Shown here one piece after another: positions 51,992 through 64,000 of a stretch of 64,000 nt of DNA. Position 1 is the stretch's first letter, and each line of letters opens with the position of its first letter. Below the pieces are notes generated by a model. The model saw only the letters and a list, made by a program, of their open reading frames with translations, was not told the DNA's origin and ran no database searches. Where the stretch lies: contig JBLDXI010000001.1 of the NCBI GenBank assembly GCA_047495785.1, positions 1,302,001-1,366,000 of the forward strand, read 5' to 3'. The translations under genes and the position numbers were made by a program. The stretch is from Lepidodermella squamata (taxonomy: Eukaryota > Animalia > Gastrotricha).

Positions 51992-52350
51992 AGAACAGCG
52001 AATGCGACAAAACAGAAAACTTTTCAACTTGCGACATAACAGCAGAATAACGATGAATCTTTTACATAGCAAGTTTTCGCTATTTTGTCGGGAGATGAAA
52101 AATTTGCTGTTTTGCGCAGTTCCGAAATTTTCAGTGGATATCTGGAATTCAGTGAACAGCAATTTATCATTTCGAATTTTTTCACCATTTTTACGTGTTA
52201 CTACTTGACCGGATGTAATTTCATGCGCCATTGCCATAAGATAGTAAAGGCTCCTTATCAAAGGCCGAAAATTAGCCGTACAAACACAACGCTCATTGTT
52301 ATTTCACCCACTTTCTTTACGTATAAAAGCTGCATTATACAATAACCCAT

Positions 52351-53366
52351 ATGGCCAGTGCAGAGGAGGAAGACTTGAGTAACGAGACGCCGGCCGAGCT
52401 TCGTCGCCGGCAATTCGGCATTTTTGCCGACTACATCGACGTTGAAAACGGCTGGAGCACCCCGACAATCACATGGGCCGGCTACACTGTTCGAACTTCA
52501 CTGCCATTATACCTCGAAAGCGTTCGGCTATTCCCAGTTGATGAGAAGGACGTTTTCATCGCAAGTTTCCCGAAATCTGGCACTACCCTTATGCAACACG
52601 TTGTTTGGCTATTGCTAACCGGCGATTTCGAAACTAGGGAGCAGATCGATCACAGGGTGCCTGAGCTCGATTTACCCACCCCGTACCCGGTTCGGCCGGA
52701 AAATCTTGAAATCCACGCGGCCAAATCCCCACCTCGAATTTTTAAAACCCACCTAGCCTTCAAATTTCTACCTATCGATGTGTTGAAGGGCAAGGTGATT
52801 TACATGTATCGAAATCCGAAAGATGTCGTAGTTTCCTACTACCACCACGCTCGTGCGATAAAGACAATAGCGTATCGTAAGAGTTTCGAACATTTTGTCA
52901 AGATTTTTCTAAATGGCAAGGTTAATTTCGGCCCTTGGACGCAACATGTTATCGATTATTCTGAAGCGGCGAAGAAAAGTGATAGAATTTTGCTAATAGC
53001 CTATGAGGACTTTGTCAATGATAGGGCGGCTGTTATTCGAAAAGTCGCAGATTTTCTCGGGAGAAATGACATTAGCGCTGATATTTTTAAACGAATTGTT
53101 GACGAGACAAGTTTAGAGGCGATGAGGGCAAATGACGGTGTTAATTATGACTGGGTTCGTAAAATGGGCTATCGCGATCCTAACGAGACGGCTTTTATTA
53201 GAAAAGGTATGAATACTGATCTTAAAAACTAGAGCGCACCTAATTTTTCCTTCTAGGCGTTGTCGGTGACTGGAATAATTATTTTTCACCCGAGCTGCGG
53301 GAAAGTTTCGATACTCACATCAAGGAAGCTATGTCAGGATGCAATATTTCATTTAATGAAGGATGA
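52351..53366 (+). CDS. Cytosolic sulfotransferase E (more divergent paralog)
   Basis: SFPKSGTT, FKTH, YRNPKDVVVSYYHH, RKG/GVVGDW with the same intron position as A-D. Confidence 0.92.
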
Positions 53367-53583
53367 ACGCTGATTTTTGCTAATAAATTTGTGTCTCGTT
53401 CTTTTTTTTATTAAAGCCAACGTTGTACCATGCTATTTGAAAATGAATTTAACCAAAATTCACTCAATTAATCGGCTAAAAAATATTACTCCATTAATTT
53501 GCACGGGTTTAATTACATTTATATACGAAATTTGTATCAGATTTGGTCTAAAGTGGGCTTTCAAGTTCAGGGAATAGTGAAGT

Positions 53584-54448
53584 CTAGCCGAAGAAGTTGT
53601 TCGGGAGGGCAGCGGCTGGGATGAATGGCACGCCAGCCTGCGGAAGTGGGGGCAGGGTCGGGACGGGAGCGGGCACGTTCGCCAGGGTGGGCGCCGGGGC
53701 GGGCACTGGCGGCGCGCTGTAGGCGGGATTCGGGGCAGCTGGGCCGAGGTTGCACGCGGCGTTGCATTCGAACTCGGTCTGGAAACCGTTGTTGTAGTCG
53801 CCGAATCCGCCAAGAGTAGTCGGGCAAGACGAACGCTTGTCGCAACCACGTCTACCAGCATTCCAGTACCTGGTTTTCAGAAGTTTAAAAATAAAAGTAA
53901 AAATAAAAAAATAGCTTACCAGACATCGCGCTGTTGGTTGTTGCCGCAGAAGACGGGCAGAGCTTGGAATCCGGTCCAGGTCTGCTGACAACGCTGCTTT
54001 TGCGGAGCCGCTGGCTGGATCGGGTTTGGCTGCGAGGTGGTCGGCAGCTTCTCAACAAACTGCGGAGTTGGGTCGGGGAACTTGGCACGTGGCGGGGCAG
54101 TCGGCATTACGAGGGGCTGCGCCTGAGGAGGCGCCGGCAGAACGACGAACTGCGCCTGTTGCGGCTCCTGGGGTGCCGGCTGCTGCTGCTGTTGTTGTTG
54201 AGGAGGTTGTTGTGGTTGTTGTTGTTGTTGCTGCTGCTGCTGCTGCTGCTGTGGCCATAGGTTCTGCCAGTTCAGCTGAGGAACCTGGGGAACGTTGCCC
54301 CAAGGATTGGCGAGGCTGGCAAAAGGGTTGAAGTCGCCTTAATAAAATCAAGCCATTCTATTAAAAAATCAATTAAAATTATCGCTAAAAAACCTTGAGC
54401 TGAGGCGGAAGCGATGACCGCTCCGAGGATCGCCACGAACTTGTACAT
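53584..54448 (-). CDS. Secreted Gln/Pro-rich protein with a divergent Kunitz-like domain (K1)
   Basis: Signal MYKFVAILGAVIASASAQ; polyQ tract; six Cys with WYWN....C and NNGFQTEFECNAAC; 3 exons. Confidence 0.78.
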
Positions 54449-55159
54449 TATTATTAAGCCACTAATAAAATTGAAAAAAAATAATATTATAATTTTTTTA
54501 AGAAAGGCTATCTTTTTACTAATCGCCCTGTATTATGATGATGATGAGGCGTTGAAGTAAATTATTAAGCTGGCGAGCAAGAAAACGTGGCGATTGTATA
54601 AAATAAAAGGTATAGCAGCAGCAGCTCTGTCATTAACACGCCGCGCTAGGCCGATGCGTGCGGTCAGTCAGTTGTTAGGGTGGGAAAAAAATCACACGTT
54701 TATTAATACACAGAGCAGGCGCCTGGGCAGCGGCGAGTGGCGCGGGGCCGTCATCAAGTGGACACAAAGGCAGGCGACTTTTCAACGTATCACCTCTTGG
54801 AAAAATGCACCCACTTCAATAGCGCGCTGACTAATGAGGCGCTAATAAAACTCTTGGACTGGCGGCATAACATTTTCGAGAACTCCATTTTTTTAAGAAA
54901 AAATAATAAAAAATTAATAAAAAAAAACAAGGTATATTATGAATTGATATCTTCCTTTATTCTTGAAATTTATACAGCAAGTATTTTGTACCCGAAGTGT
55001 GGGCTCGGTCATAAATAAGCATAAATTGTGCGCTTAATATCATATATACAAAACGGCTCCTCACGATATACTTTATATTCTTCAAAAGAATTGTGGTGTG
55101 TTGTTGTCATCATTTTTGCACAATTTGAGCATATCGTTATATAGACGCGCGCGTGAAGT

Positions 55160-56095
55160 TTATTTTTTGCCGTTGATGGCGACGGGCGCGATAGGGACAG
55201 GCTGGGTCGGGGCGCCGTACGTGGTCGAGAGGACGTCGCAGGTAACGCGGCACTCCTGTTCAGTCTTGAAGCCCTGGTTGAGGCCGCCGAAGTTGCCCCA
55301 CTGGCTCTGGCAGTAGGTCTGCTTCGTGCACGACTTGGTCGGCACGTTCCAGCCCCAGCCTTCGACCTGGGTGCCCTGGCAGCCGAACATGTTCATCGCC
55401 GACCAGCTGTTCGATAGAATGCACGAAACCGGCAGGGATGGCGTGGTTGTAGTCGGGGTGGTCACCTCAGGCACGGGGGTTGTGACGACCTCAGGCTGCT
55501 GTTGCTGCTGTTGGGGGAAGAAAAGGTTCTGCTGGCCGCCCCATGGTTGCAAGAACTGGAACGGGGAGAACTGTTGCGGCTGCTGCTGCTGGGGTTGGAG
55601 TTGGAGTTGCTGTTGCTGTTGCGGCTGGCTTTGGGCTGGGACGACGTAGACCTGCTGCGGCTGGGTCTGGGCAACAGGTTGCTGCTGAACTGGCTGAACC
55701 AGCTGAGGCTGAACGACGACGGGCTGAGTCTGGGCGGGCTGCTGCTGCTGGGCTGGCTGCTGTTGCTGAGCGGGTTGCATCTGGCCCCATGGGTTGTTGT
55801 TGAAGTTGTTTCCGAAGAAGTTGTTGTTCGTATTCACGGCCGGGACGACGTTAGAGTTGCTGCCGAGGAGACCATTCACGAACTGAGAAACCATATCCGA
55901 GGCTGGGGAAAAATAATCAAATTTTTATTATAAGGAGGATTTATCGTAAATCGTTTTCTCACAAGGAATGCTGAGACCAGACTGCTGATTTTGCTGCTGC
56001 TGCGGTTGCTGCTGTTGTTGCTGTTGCTGTTGAACCTGGGCCGAAACAGCGGCTAGGCACATGGTGCCGATGAGAAGGGCCGATCGAAGAGTCAT
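55160..56095 (-). CDS. Secreted Gln/Pro-rich protein with a divergent Kunitz-like domain (K2)
   Basis: Signal MTLRSALLIGTMCLAAVSAQ; Q/P/N-rich body; six Cys with WGWN....C and NQGFKTEQECRVTC. Confidence 0.8.
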
Positions 56096-58369
56096 TTTTA
56101 GCTAAAGCTTCTCAAGCCAACTCGCTAAAAAAATTCTAGATTTACGAAAGACTAAATTTTTACAACTGGCCGAGCCGGCTTTTTAAATCCGCGCCGATGT
56201 GTTATTTATTTTTCTATTTTTTTGCGCCGGCAAAAAATAGCGTGAAAAACACTTAGGAGACAATGGCCGGGTGAAGTGTTGATACACGCGAGTCCAGGGT
56301 GTGGGTGAGTTGATGCGTTATACCGGCAAAACTGGATGAGGTGAGCAACCATACTACGACGAGCCGGTGGCTACTATTATCCTTAAGCAAGCAAGGCTAT
56401 TTGATAGGCATTTATCTGATGATGGTGACTTTTATTATTTTTGCCGTTGAGCTAAAAAGCTCTCGTTGGTCGCCGGGTTCGCATCACATACTGAGCTAGC
56501 TGCTATTGAGACTTGTTCGTAATTTTTTGTTTACCCGCACGACCACACGGTGATGAAATCCTGATAAAAACTGTGTAACAACTCGGAGCAAAAAATTATT
56601 CAGTTTATTTTTCAAAATAAATTTCCCGGTGAACAGCTTCGAAAATCAGCCTGTTCAAACTGTAGATAATTGTGGGACAATGTCCCCACTTTTAATGTAA
56701 ATTGATTAACCGTGATTAATTAACCAGGCCATCATTATTAACGTGATTAAATCACGATCGAGATTAGACAACGGAATATACATAATTAAATATCCGTGTT
56801 GATGAAGCCTTAAGCAATAACAGCAGGCCTTGGAAATATTAGTCATTTTCACTTTTTTTAATTAACCTCGATTGATCTCAATTAATGGCAATTGCTTTGA
56901 GTGGCCTACCTATATTTGTTTTATAGGGAGGCGGAATTTCTAACCACAAACAGTTTTAGAAACCTTACTACGCTTAGAGCTAATTAGGTTCAAATGGACA
57001 TGATACTTCCGGATGTTGATCAAATTTCGTAGGCGCTAATGAGTGAATGAAAAAAACGTACAGCAATGTTCGGTTTTTCTTCAGATGACACCTGCGACAA
57101 TAGTTGAACTTAATTAATGATTATCTTGAGTAATTGAAAAGACATAACAACCCAAGCCGAAGACAGCAAAGCAACGAATGAGAGCTTGGAATGTCCCATG
57201 GCCATACTTAAAATAATTTTCTAAGATCAATTTCCACGCTTGAAATGATTTAATGCTGGACAAAATAATAAACAATACGTCTGTGACTGTCGATTAGCCG
57301 CTATTCTGATACACATGTCTGCAGAAACAGGGCATGAGATTGGCCAAAGTTTCATCCAAAAACAAGGCGTGGTATTTCTGACGACGCAGAAATCTCTCGA
57401 GTTTAATGGATTCTGCTACTTCGTTTTCGCGCTTTCGGAGTATAATTTGCAAATTAGGCGTGAATTTGATTAGGCGCCGGGGAACTGAATTATCTCGCCG
57501 CGACGCTTGAAATCTCCGCGATGGGATCATGAAAATCCGCGCTAATAAAACAAATAAACTTTGTAATTTCATCACCTCTTTTTTGCCGATCGGCTTATCG
57601 GCTTATTCTCAAAATTACAGCTAGGTTTTCGGGACATTTCAGACTGTTCCAATCTAATCCTACTGGTAATTTCAGGAGATCCTGACCAGCTCGAATCCCA
57701 GATTGATGCAACCTTCTTCGCTTATTTTTTGAATGGATCTCCGCAACTTAGCACCGGAAACAACTACGAGCTATGCACCATCTTATTCCTTCCGCCTGTA
57801 AATTACGGAGAGGAGCGGGGGGTCAGGATGGCTGGAGTAAATTGCTTCCTAATATTGCTATATTGATTGATATTTTACGTTAAGTTGTGTCTAATTTTAG
57901 ATAATTCGACCCATATTTGCCATGATTTTTTTACTACGACGCATATGCCGGGGTGGAGAAGAGACCTGAAATTGCGCCACAATATATTTTCCAAAGATTT
58001 CTAAATAATTTAAGACAAATTTGCTCTGAAAAATTAGCTTCTGCCACGATAACTATTGAATCACTGCGTGTAAAAAAACAGCATTGTCTTATCTTTCTAG
58101 CCATAGTATAGTGAATGGCAATGCGTTCCACTATTTTCTGGTGATTTTTTGTAAATTATGTAAATTAGGCGCTGAAAACTATCACAAAAACATCTAAGCT
58201 CAATCTCTGATCCGTGAATTATTCCTTGTAAAGGATATAAAGTGACACTGTCGTAGTTAGTCCTAATTTTGCAAAAAACTAAAAGCGACAATTTCGACGA
58301 AGATTTCAACTTCAGACGAATTATTTCGTCATTTTAGCTGTCATATTTTGCCAAAATTCGTGGCCGCGA

Positions 58370-58535
58370 CTAGATAGACAGCAGACAACAGACGTCGGTA
58401 TGATGTACCAATCGCAATCAAGTTAAGATTTATCCCAGTTAGTTCTACATTTATAGTACGCTTATCCCAGTTGGTTCTAGAACCTTAACATGATTCTGAC
58501 TGGTACATCATACCGACGTCTGTCGTCTTACCTAG
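58370..58535. mobile_element. MITE-like hairpin with internal direct repeats
   Basis: acagacgtcggtatgatgtacca / tggtacatcataccgacgtctgt perfect inversion; internal ttatcccagtt.gttcta repeats. Confidence 0.7.
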
Positions 58536-59353
58536 TTAAAGGTTTATCCCATTTAATTCTACATTTATCAGTCCACCTTTCATTTCTCTGTTCCACTCTG
58601 TTTCACAGAGGTTATATATACCGGGGTTAAGCGAGGCCATCAATCTTCGATCGGATGTTGTAGTAGACGCTGTTATTTTCTGAAACAACGGAAATGTAAG
58701 ACCGTTGCGCACTTGTGGTCATAAAAAAGTATGCGCAAGGCCATAAAAAATCGCTCGAGCATGAATCGCTGCACGCTACCGATAGATTGGTAATACCTGT
58801 AGATTCACCTCGCTAGCATCCTGCGAAAATCATAATGGCTATATTATCGCATTTATTACTTCCTGCGTCTATATAGGCTCGTGATATTTACACGCATGAT
58901 TACTATTATCTCAATGTCTAAATTCAAGTTATTCATTTTTCACCACATTAACTCGCAACTTCCGTGATTCTAATAGAGTTATAGTGGCTTTAATTGGATC
59001 AAGCTTGTCCTTGGTGATCGAGAAATTATATAAGTTACATTCGAATCACGCAACTTTTTCCCAAAATTTATTCGCCTCTGCCAGAACCTGATGGGTCTAT
59101 GCGCTTAGTTCAGTAAAATTTGGGACTTTAACCAACTGCCCAGCTGACCAATCATAGAGCGAGTCTGTGGATGACCTTTTTACGACTTCCCACTCAACGC
59201 CTTTTTGCGTCATCAAACTTCAATTTCCCCAAATTAGCGCACTTTTTATGATTGAATAGTTGTGACCACGTAATGAAAATACCTCATTTTTTTACCCACG
59301 TCAAATATAGAGTAAAATTAATTTTGAATGATTGATTCGCTACACACTTGATA

Positions 59354-61172
59354 ATGCCTACAAGCACTATTTTACAAACTTCAGCGATAATGCCGGTGCT
59401 ATTCGAAGACCCGGCAGCTCGCGTAACGCCAGCAGCCGACATGACTCTGCAAGTCATTATGCTCGACATTTTAAACTGTTCAAGCCATGAATCTTGCTTC
59501 ACTTCATTCGAAGAAGCCGCTGATAGCGATTTACAGGTCGCCATGTATTGCAATGCTACATCCATCAATGGCTTATCGGATAAATGCTGCGATAGGCAAA
59601 TTAAGGTGGATGAGACTGACGCGACAATGCTGAACACGATTCTGAATGTTTGGCTGATGGGACTTTTCGGAATGCTTGGGGTCGTCAGCAACATTCTGGC
59701 AGCGGTGGTCCTCAACCACCCACGCATTTCCGGCACTACCACCTCGCTCTACCTTCGAATGTTGTCCATTTCAGGTGAGAAAAACTATAAAAAAAAATTA
59801 CGAGGTTTTCATTCATTATCGGACTGTCAGTTTTTTAATTGTCTCATCGGACTAATAATTATGCGTGATTTTCAATATTTTTGCAGACCTAACGCTATGC
59901 CTAGTCGTCACGCTGTTTTGCATGGCTGATTTCGGGGACATCTTCCCGGCCAGTGTTCTACAAATCTACATGACAGTTATACCATACGCCTCGGTTCTTC
60001 CCCACATCAGCCGGCTGAATTCAATTCTACTCGTTGTAGCAGTCACCGTCGAACGCTACGTCGCCGTTTGCCACCCGTTGAAGGCCCAGCGATTCTGCAC
60101 GATGCGCTACTGTCGTATCCTAATCACCCTAATTTTCTTCATCGCGGTGATCTGCAACTTGCCACGGCTTCTCTTCCTTGAAAATGCGATATGTTTTGGA
60201 TTGAGTACAAACGTCATGTCAGACTTCTTCATTCACCCAATTACGAACATTGTGTTCCACGTTATTTTCGAGGTAGATTAAATTAATTTTTAATTAAATT
60301 GGTTATTTAAATTCAATTTTCCAGTCTGTGATTTACTGCATCTGTCCGTTTACAATTTTGACGGTATTCAACGTGCTTTTATTGCGATCAGTTCGCCGAT
60401 CGACGGCCTTCATCCGTCAGAGCAAAAGCGCTCATGAGCGGCGAAGCGAGGAGAACCAACGCCAATTAACCGTCATGCTTGTCGTTCTAGTCGCTGCATT
60501 TGTCACCTGCCAAGTACCAGCAGTAATTTACGTAGTTCTAGTTCGACCACTCACGTTTCACGACCCATCGATGCGCTTCAATGAGATCGTAATAATTATT
60601 GATCAGGTGAGTCATCATAGCCGTAAATTCATCATTCATCCTTAATGAATCATGTTTTTTAGATCCGAAATTTTCCGGTCATGCTGAATTCTGCGCTTAA
60701 TTTTTGGCTTTACTGCGCGGCTGGGAAAAAATTCCGCGAGGTTCTAATTTTAATTTTCTTCGGCAGTTGCAAGGCCTACTCGATTCGAGATTCAGGAGGC
60801 TTCCAAACCACTTCGACCGCAACTTATCACCGGACAAGCGTGCATGCTACAGCGCCTATGGCTCGAGTTTCTGTTGATTGGCAACGGGCCAAAAAGTTCT
60901 CGCCGGAAAAGCCGATAATGGCCGATACAATTAGCCCAGATTTTGCAACAGCCTCTTACTCACCTTCCCCGCCGACTGCGGAGAAGGGCGTTTTATCTGA
61001 TGATGATTCATCCGAGTATTTTCGAATTCGCAGCTCTACAATGACTAAGTATGCAGAACGTGCCTTGAAGCGGGCTAATTACATAGCGACCGGGCACAGT
61101 GAAACCAGTCTTTTAGCCCGTAGTTCCGACCCAGCTCGGCCTGATGAAGGCGGAACTTATTTCAACGTATAA
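59354..61172 (+). CDS. Rhodopsin-class peptide GPCR (FMRFamide/MIP-receptor-like group)
   Basis: TM1 GVVSNIL, LYLRMLSISDL, VERYVAVCHPL, NLPR, CQVP, NSALNFWLYC; 4 exons. Confidence 0.88.
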
Positions 61173-61596
61173 TTTTTTTCTCACGGTGTGTGACTCATTG
61201 GCAACAGTAATGAGGCGATATTTATTTGCTTATTAACAAAAATTGCTGCTATATATTATAATAAAAAAGTTGAAGTATTAAAATATTGTTTTTCTAGTAA
61301 AATGAGTGCAGATAGCTTGTGGGTGCAAGATGATTAGTAACACTGACCTCTCAACGGCTCGAGCCTGGACGATATAACGGGTTCCCAGGCACCTGAGGTG
61401 CACGCTCAGGCAGTTAATCCGGCACCTTTACTACTAATAGGATGGCCGTCATTTTAAGCTGATTAAATGGCGGAAAAAAATGACACATTAGAGGCCGCAA
61501 CAAAAAATTGATAAATTAATAGTAAAATTGGCTTATTTCCTGGGCAGCCAGTTGAATTAGTCAGCTATTTTTAATAATTTTTAGGATAATTTTTCT

Positions 61597-62418
61597 ATGG
61601 CAAAATCATTCGTATTCTTAAGCATTTTGGCTCTGGGATCAGCTCAGACTCAAAGGACAACTACAGAATTCGATGCCGGTGCTGAAGTAGCTGGCGCAGC
61701 TCCAAGTATAATCTACCTTAATTAAGCCGTCATTTTTCAATCAATTTTCTGCTATGTAGATCTAGTAAATGGGGTCATGAACGGCTTCTTCGGCTCAGCT
61801 TTCCCATTTTCGAACTCAGGCGATAACGGACTCGGCAGTATTCAGCGCCTCGGCAGCTGGCCATTAGCCTTTCAAAATAACAATAGCTCATCGAATGTGG
61901 TTCCAATTCCGGCCTTGCCGCAACAAAGCCAGCCCCAATTAGGGTTCCTCAACTTCCCTGGTATGCCAGGCCTGAACATTTTCGGCCAACAGAATAACCA
62001 GCCGGCGACGACAACAACGACAAAAGCTGCAACGACTACTACTACTACAACCACAACTGCTGCGACTACGTCAAATGCGGCTGATTGGAACGCTTGGTTT
62101 CCTGGCGTGTTTCAAATGCCGAATTTCGGCCTGCCCAATGTGCCCAGCCTGCCGATAACTTCCAGCCAAAAGTGCTCAGCCGCTATCCCTGACGCCGGCC
62201 CATCGCCATGCACGTTGCCAACGAAATCGCGGTTTTATTTCGATTTCGCCAGGCAGCAATGCGTTGAACAACAATTGTGCCCCAAGTACGTCAACGGCGC
62301 CTGGGACATTGGAGCGGATGATTTGAACAACTTCGACTCGAATGACCAATGCCTGGCTGAGTGCTTGCCGAGCGCTGTTAGTACAACCGCATCGGCACCC
62401 ACAACTGTCAAAGCTTGA
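61597..62418 (+). CDS. Secreted Asn/Pro/Thr-rich protein with a divergent Kunitz-like domain (K3)
   Basis: Signal MAKSFVFLSILALGSAQ; DAGPSPC...RFYFDFARQQC...NNFDSNDQCLAEC. Confidence 0.8.
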
Positions 62419-62760
62419 TGATTAATGTTCAGCTAAAAAAATCAAAAACCCAAAATATTGCCCTGTTCACTTCATTATTTTTCGCTATTTTTTTTGCAAC
62501 ATCACATGTCGTTGAACCTGAGTAATAAATTTGTTGCGTTTAAATCGGCTATTTATTGTTTTCCAGCGCACTCAAATTTCTTGTGCTATAGGGCTATAAT
62601 AAAAAATAACACCCATTTCGAAGGGTGGGAGTTGACACCACGTGAGTTGGCGCGATAAATAATTGCTTTGTTTACGCGCTCGGCTTTTAACGTCTCCACC
62701 TTAAAAAATTAATTTCAGAACTTCTATTCTCAAAATTAAATAATACAATTTTTCTGGCGA

Positions 62761-63564
62761 ATGAGACTAGGGGATAGCGATTTTCGGACATTTATAGCCT
62801 TAGCGCTATGCTTGTTTTTCAAGCTAAGCCTAGGCAATCCGTTGGCAGATGATCTGCCCGAATCGATCGATGACGATCTACCAGCGGCTTTGCCAGAGCC
62901 TGTTGACGATGAACAGAAGTCGACTATGCCACCGATTGTAACACGCATAATTACGCCGAGGCCCGGAGCGAAGTTGCCTGATCACCTAAACGGCGCTATT
63001 GCGTTTTCGAATGGAACTATCAAGCTTAAAAACGGGACAATGTTCAATTTGCCAAAATGCAATAGAACTGTTGATGTCAACTGTACATCAGCTATGAATG
63101 CAACCGCTCACTTTTTTGGTTGGTTTTATTTTGAAGAAATTACCAAATTTATACCGAACTGTGAAAATTGTTTATTTGCCTATTTATGGTAGTTGATCTT
63201 AATTTAATTATTTTTTCAGGTTTACTTGGATTTGGCGGCGGACTGGGTGGTTGGGGCTTCCCAGGTTGGGGAGCAGGAGGAGGAGGAGGCTGGGGCGGTG
63301 GTTGGGGCAATGGAGCCAGTGCCGGCTACAACGGCGCAAGTGCAGGCAATACTTGGGGAAACAGCTATGCCGGTGGTTACGGCGGGTAAATTTTTTGAAA
63401 ATTTAACAAAATTTCAATCATAATTTCTCGGTTTTCCTTAATACAAGACCTGGCTGGGGTGGCGGCTGGGGCGGGTTTGTTTCAGGTTGACTGCATCGCA
63501 AATTCGAAATGTTTCATTTTATTTTTGCAGACCTGGCGGATGGGGAGGCGGTTTTCGGCGGTAA
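62761..63564 (+). CDS. Secreted protein with an acidic N-terminal region and a Gly/Trp-rich C-terminal region
   Basis: Signal FIALALCLFFKLSLG; acidic D/E/P segment; spliced GGWGG repeats ending GPGGWGGGFRR*. Confidence 0.72.
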
Positions 63565-64000
63565 TTTCAAAGCGACCTCATCTTCAGAGACTTGCCATAT
63601 AATAACCAGTCACCTCAAAAAACTCTTGATCACATGATCTATCTTGAATTATACTACGAATAATTAGTTCGTCATTCATTTTTTTGTCGGAAATACTGGA
63701 AAAATAAAAAATAATTCCGATCTCAATCCATTTTGATTTTTTGGAGGGCGATCGGTCGTTCTTTTTTCGAAAATTAGTTAATAAAAAAGAATGGCTTCAA
63801 ATTGTCGTAAATCAAGGTGTTAAACGTGGAATTCAGATGAGAGCGCGGCGTAATAAAATTTTATTGTTCTGACCGAAGCAGTGTAGTTGTTATATTGACT
63901 TGAAAACTAGCAATTAAAAATTGAAGAAATTTTTCGACCGCATGGACGTTAACTATTTTCATGTCGCTGCATTGTTATTTCTCGCATCGTTAGCTTTTTG

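Noticed and set aside
59354-61172. GPCR as receptor for an RFamide released from protein A
   Set aside because: Proximity of about 15 kb is not evidence of pairing, and the peptide itself is hypothetical

Overview
Eukaryotic DNA from a compact-genome invertebrate animal (GT-AG introns of about 45-65 nt, short intergenic spacers, protostome-type troponin T); the organism cannot be named from sequence alone. Most six-frame ORFs are exon fragments, so the gene models were spliced by eye. In order, the window holds: three tandem two-TM guanylate cyclases with a degenerate NIT-like sensor and no kinase-homology domain; an intronless SOCS-box gene; five tetraspanins around an orphan type I membrane protein; four cytosolic sulfotransferases interleaved with three identical tRNA-Thr(CGT) genes; a pancreatic-type lipase whose splice acceptor is repeated five times; an N-terminally short troponin T; a duplicated, tightly linked pair of secreted, very basic low-complexity proteins (A: Arg/Gly/His with SASASA blocks; B: Lys/Ala/Ser ending in YYY), with the copies separated by transposon debris; a Sushi-domain membrane protein; a fifth sulfotransferase; three secreted Gln/Pro/Thr-rich proteins with divergent Kunitz-like domains; a peptide-type GPCR; and a secreted Gly/Trp-rich protein. 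The strongest candidates for undescribed biology are the operon-like A+B secreted pair (possible glue, cocoon or defence material) and the atypical NIT-like guanylate cyclase array.
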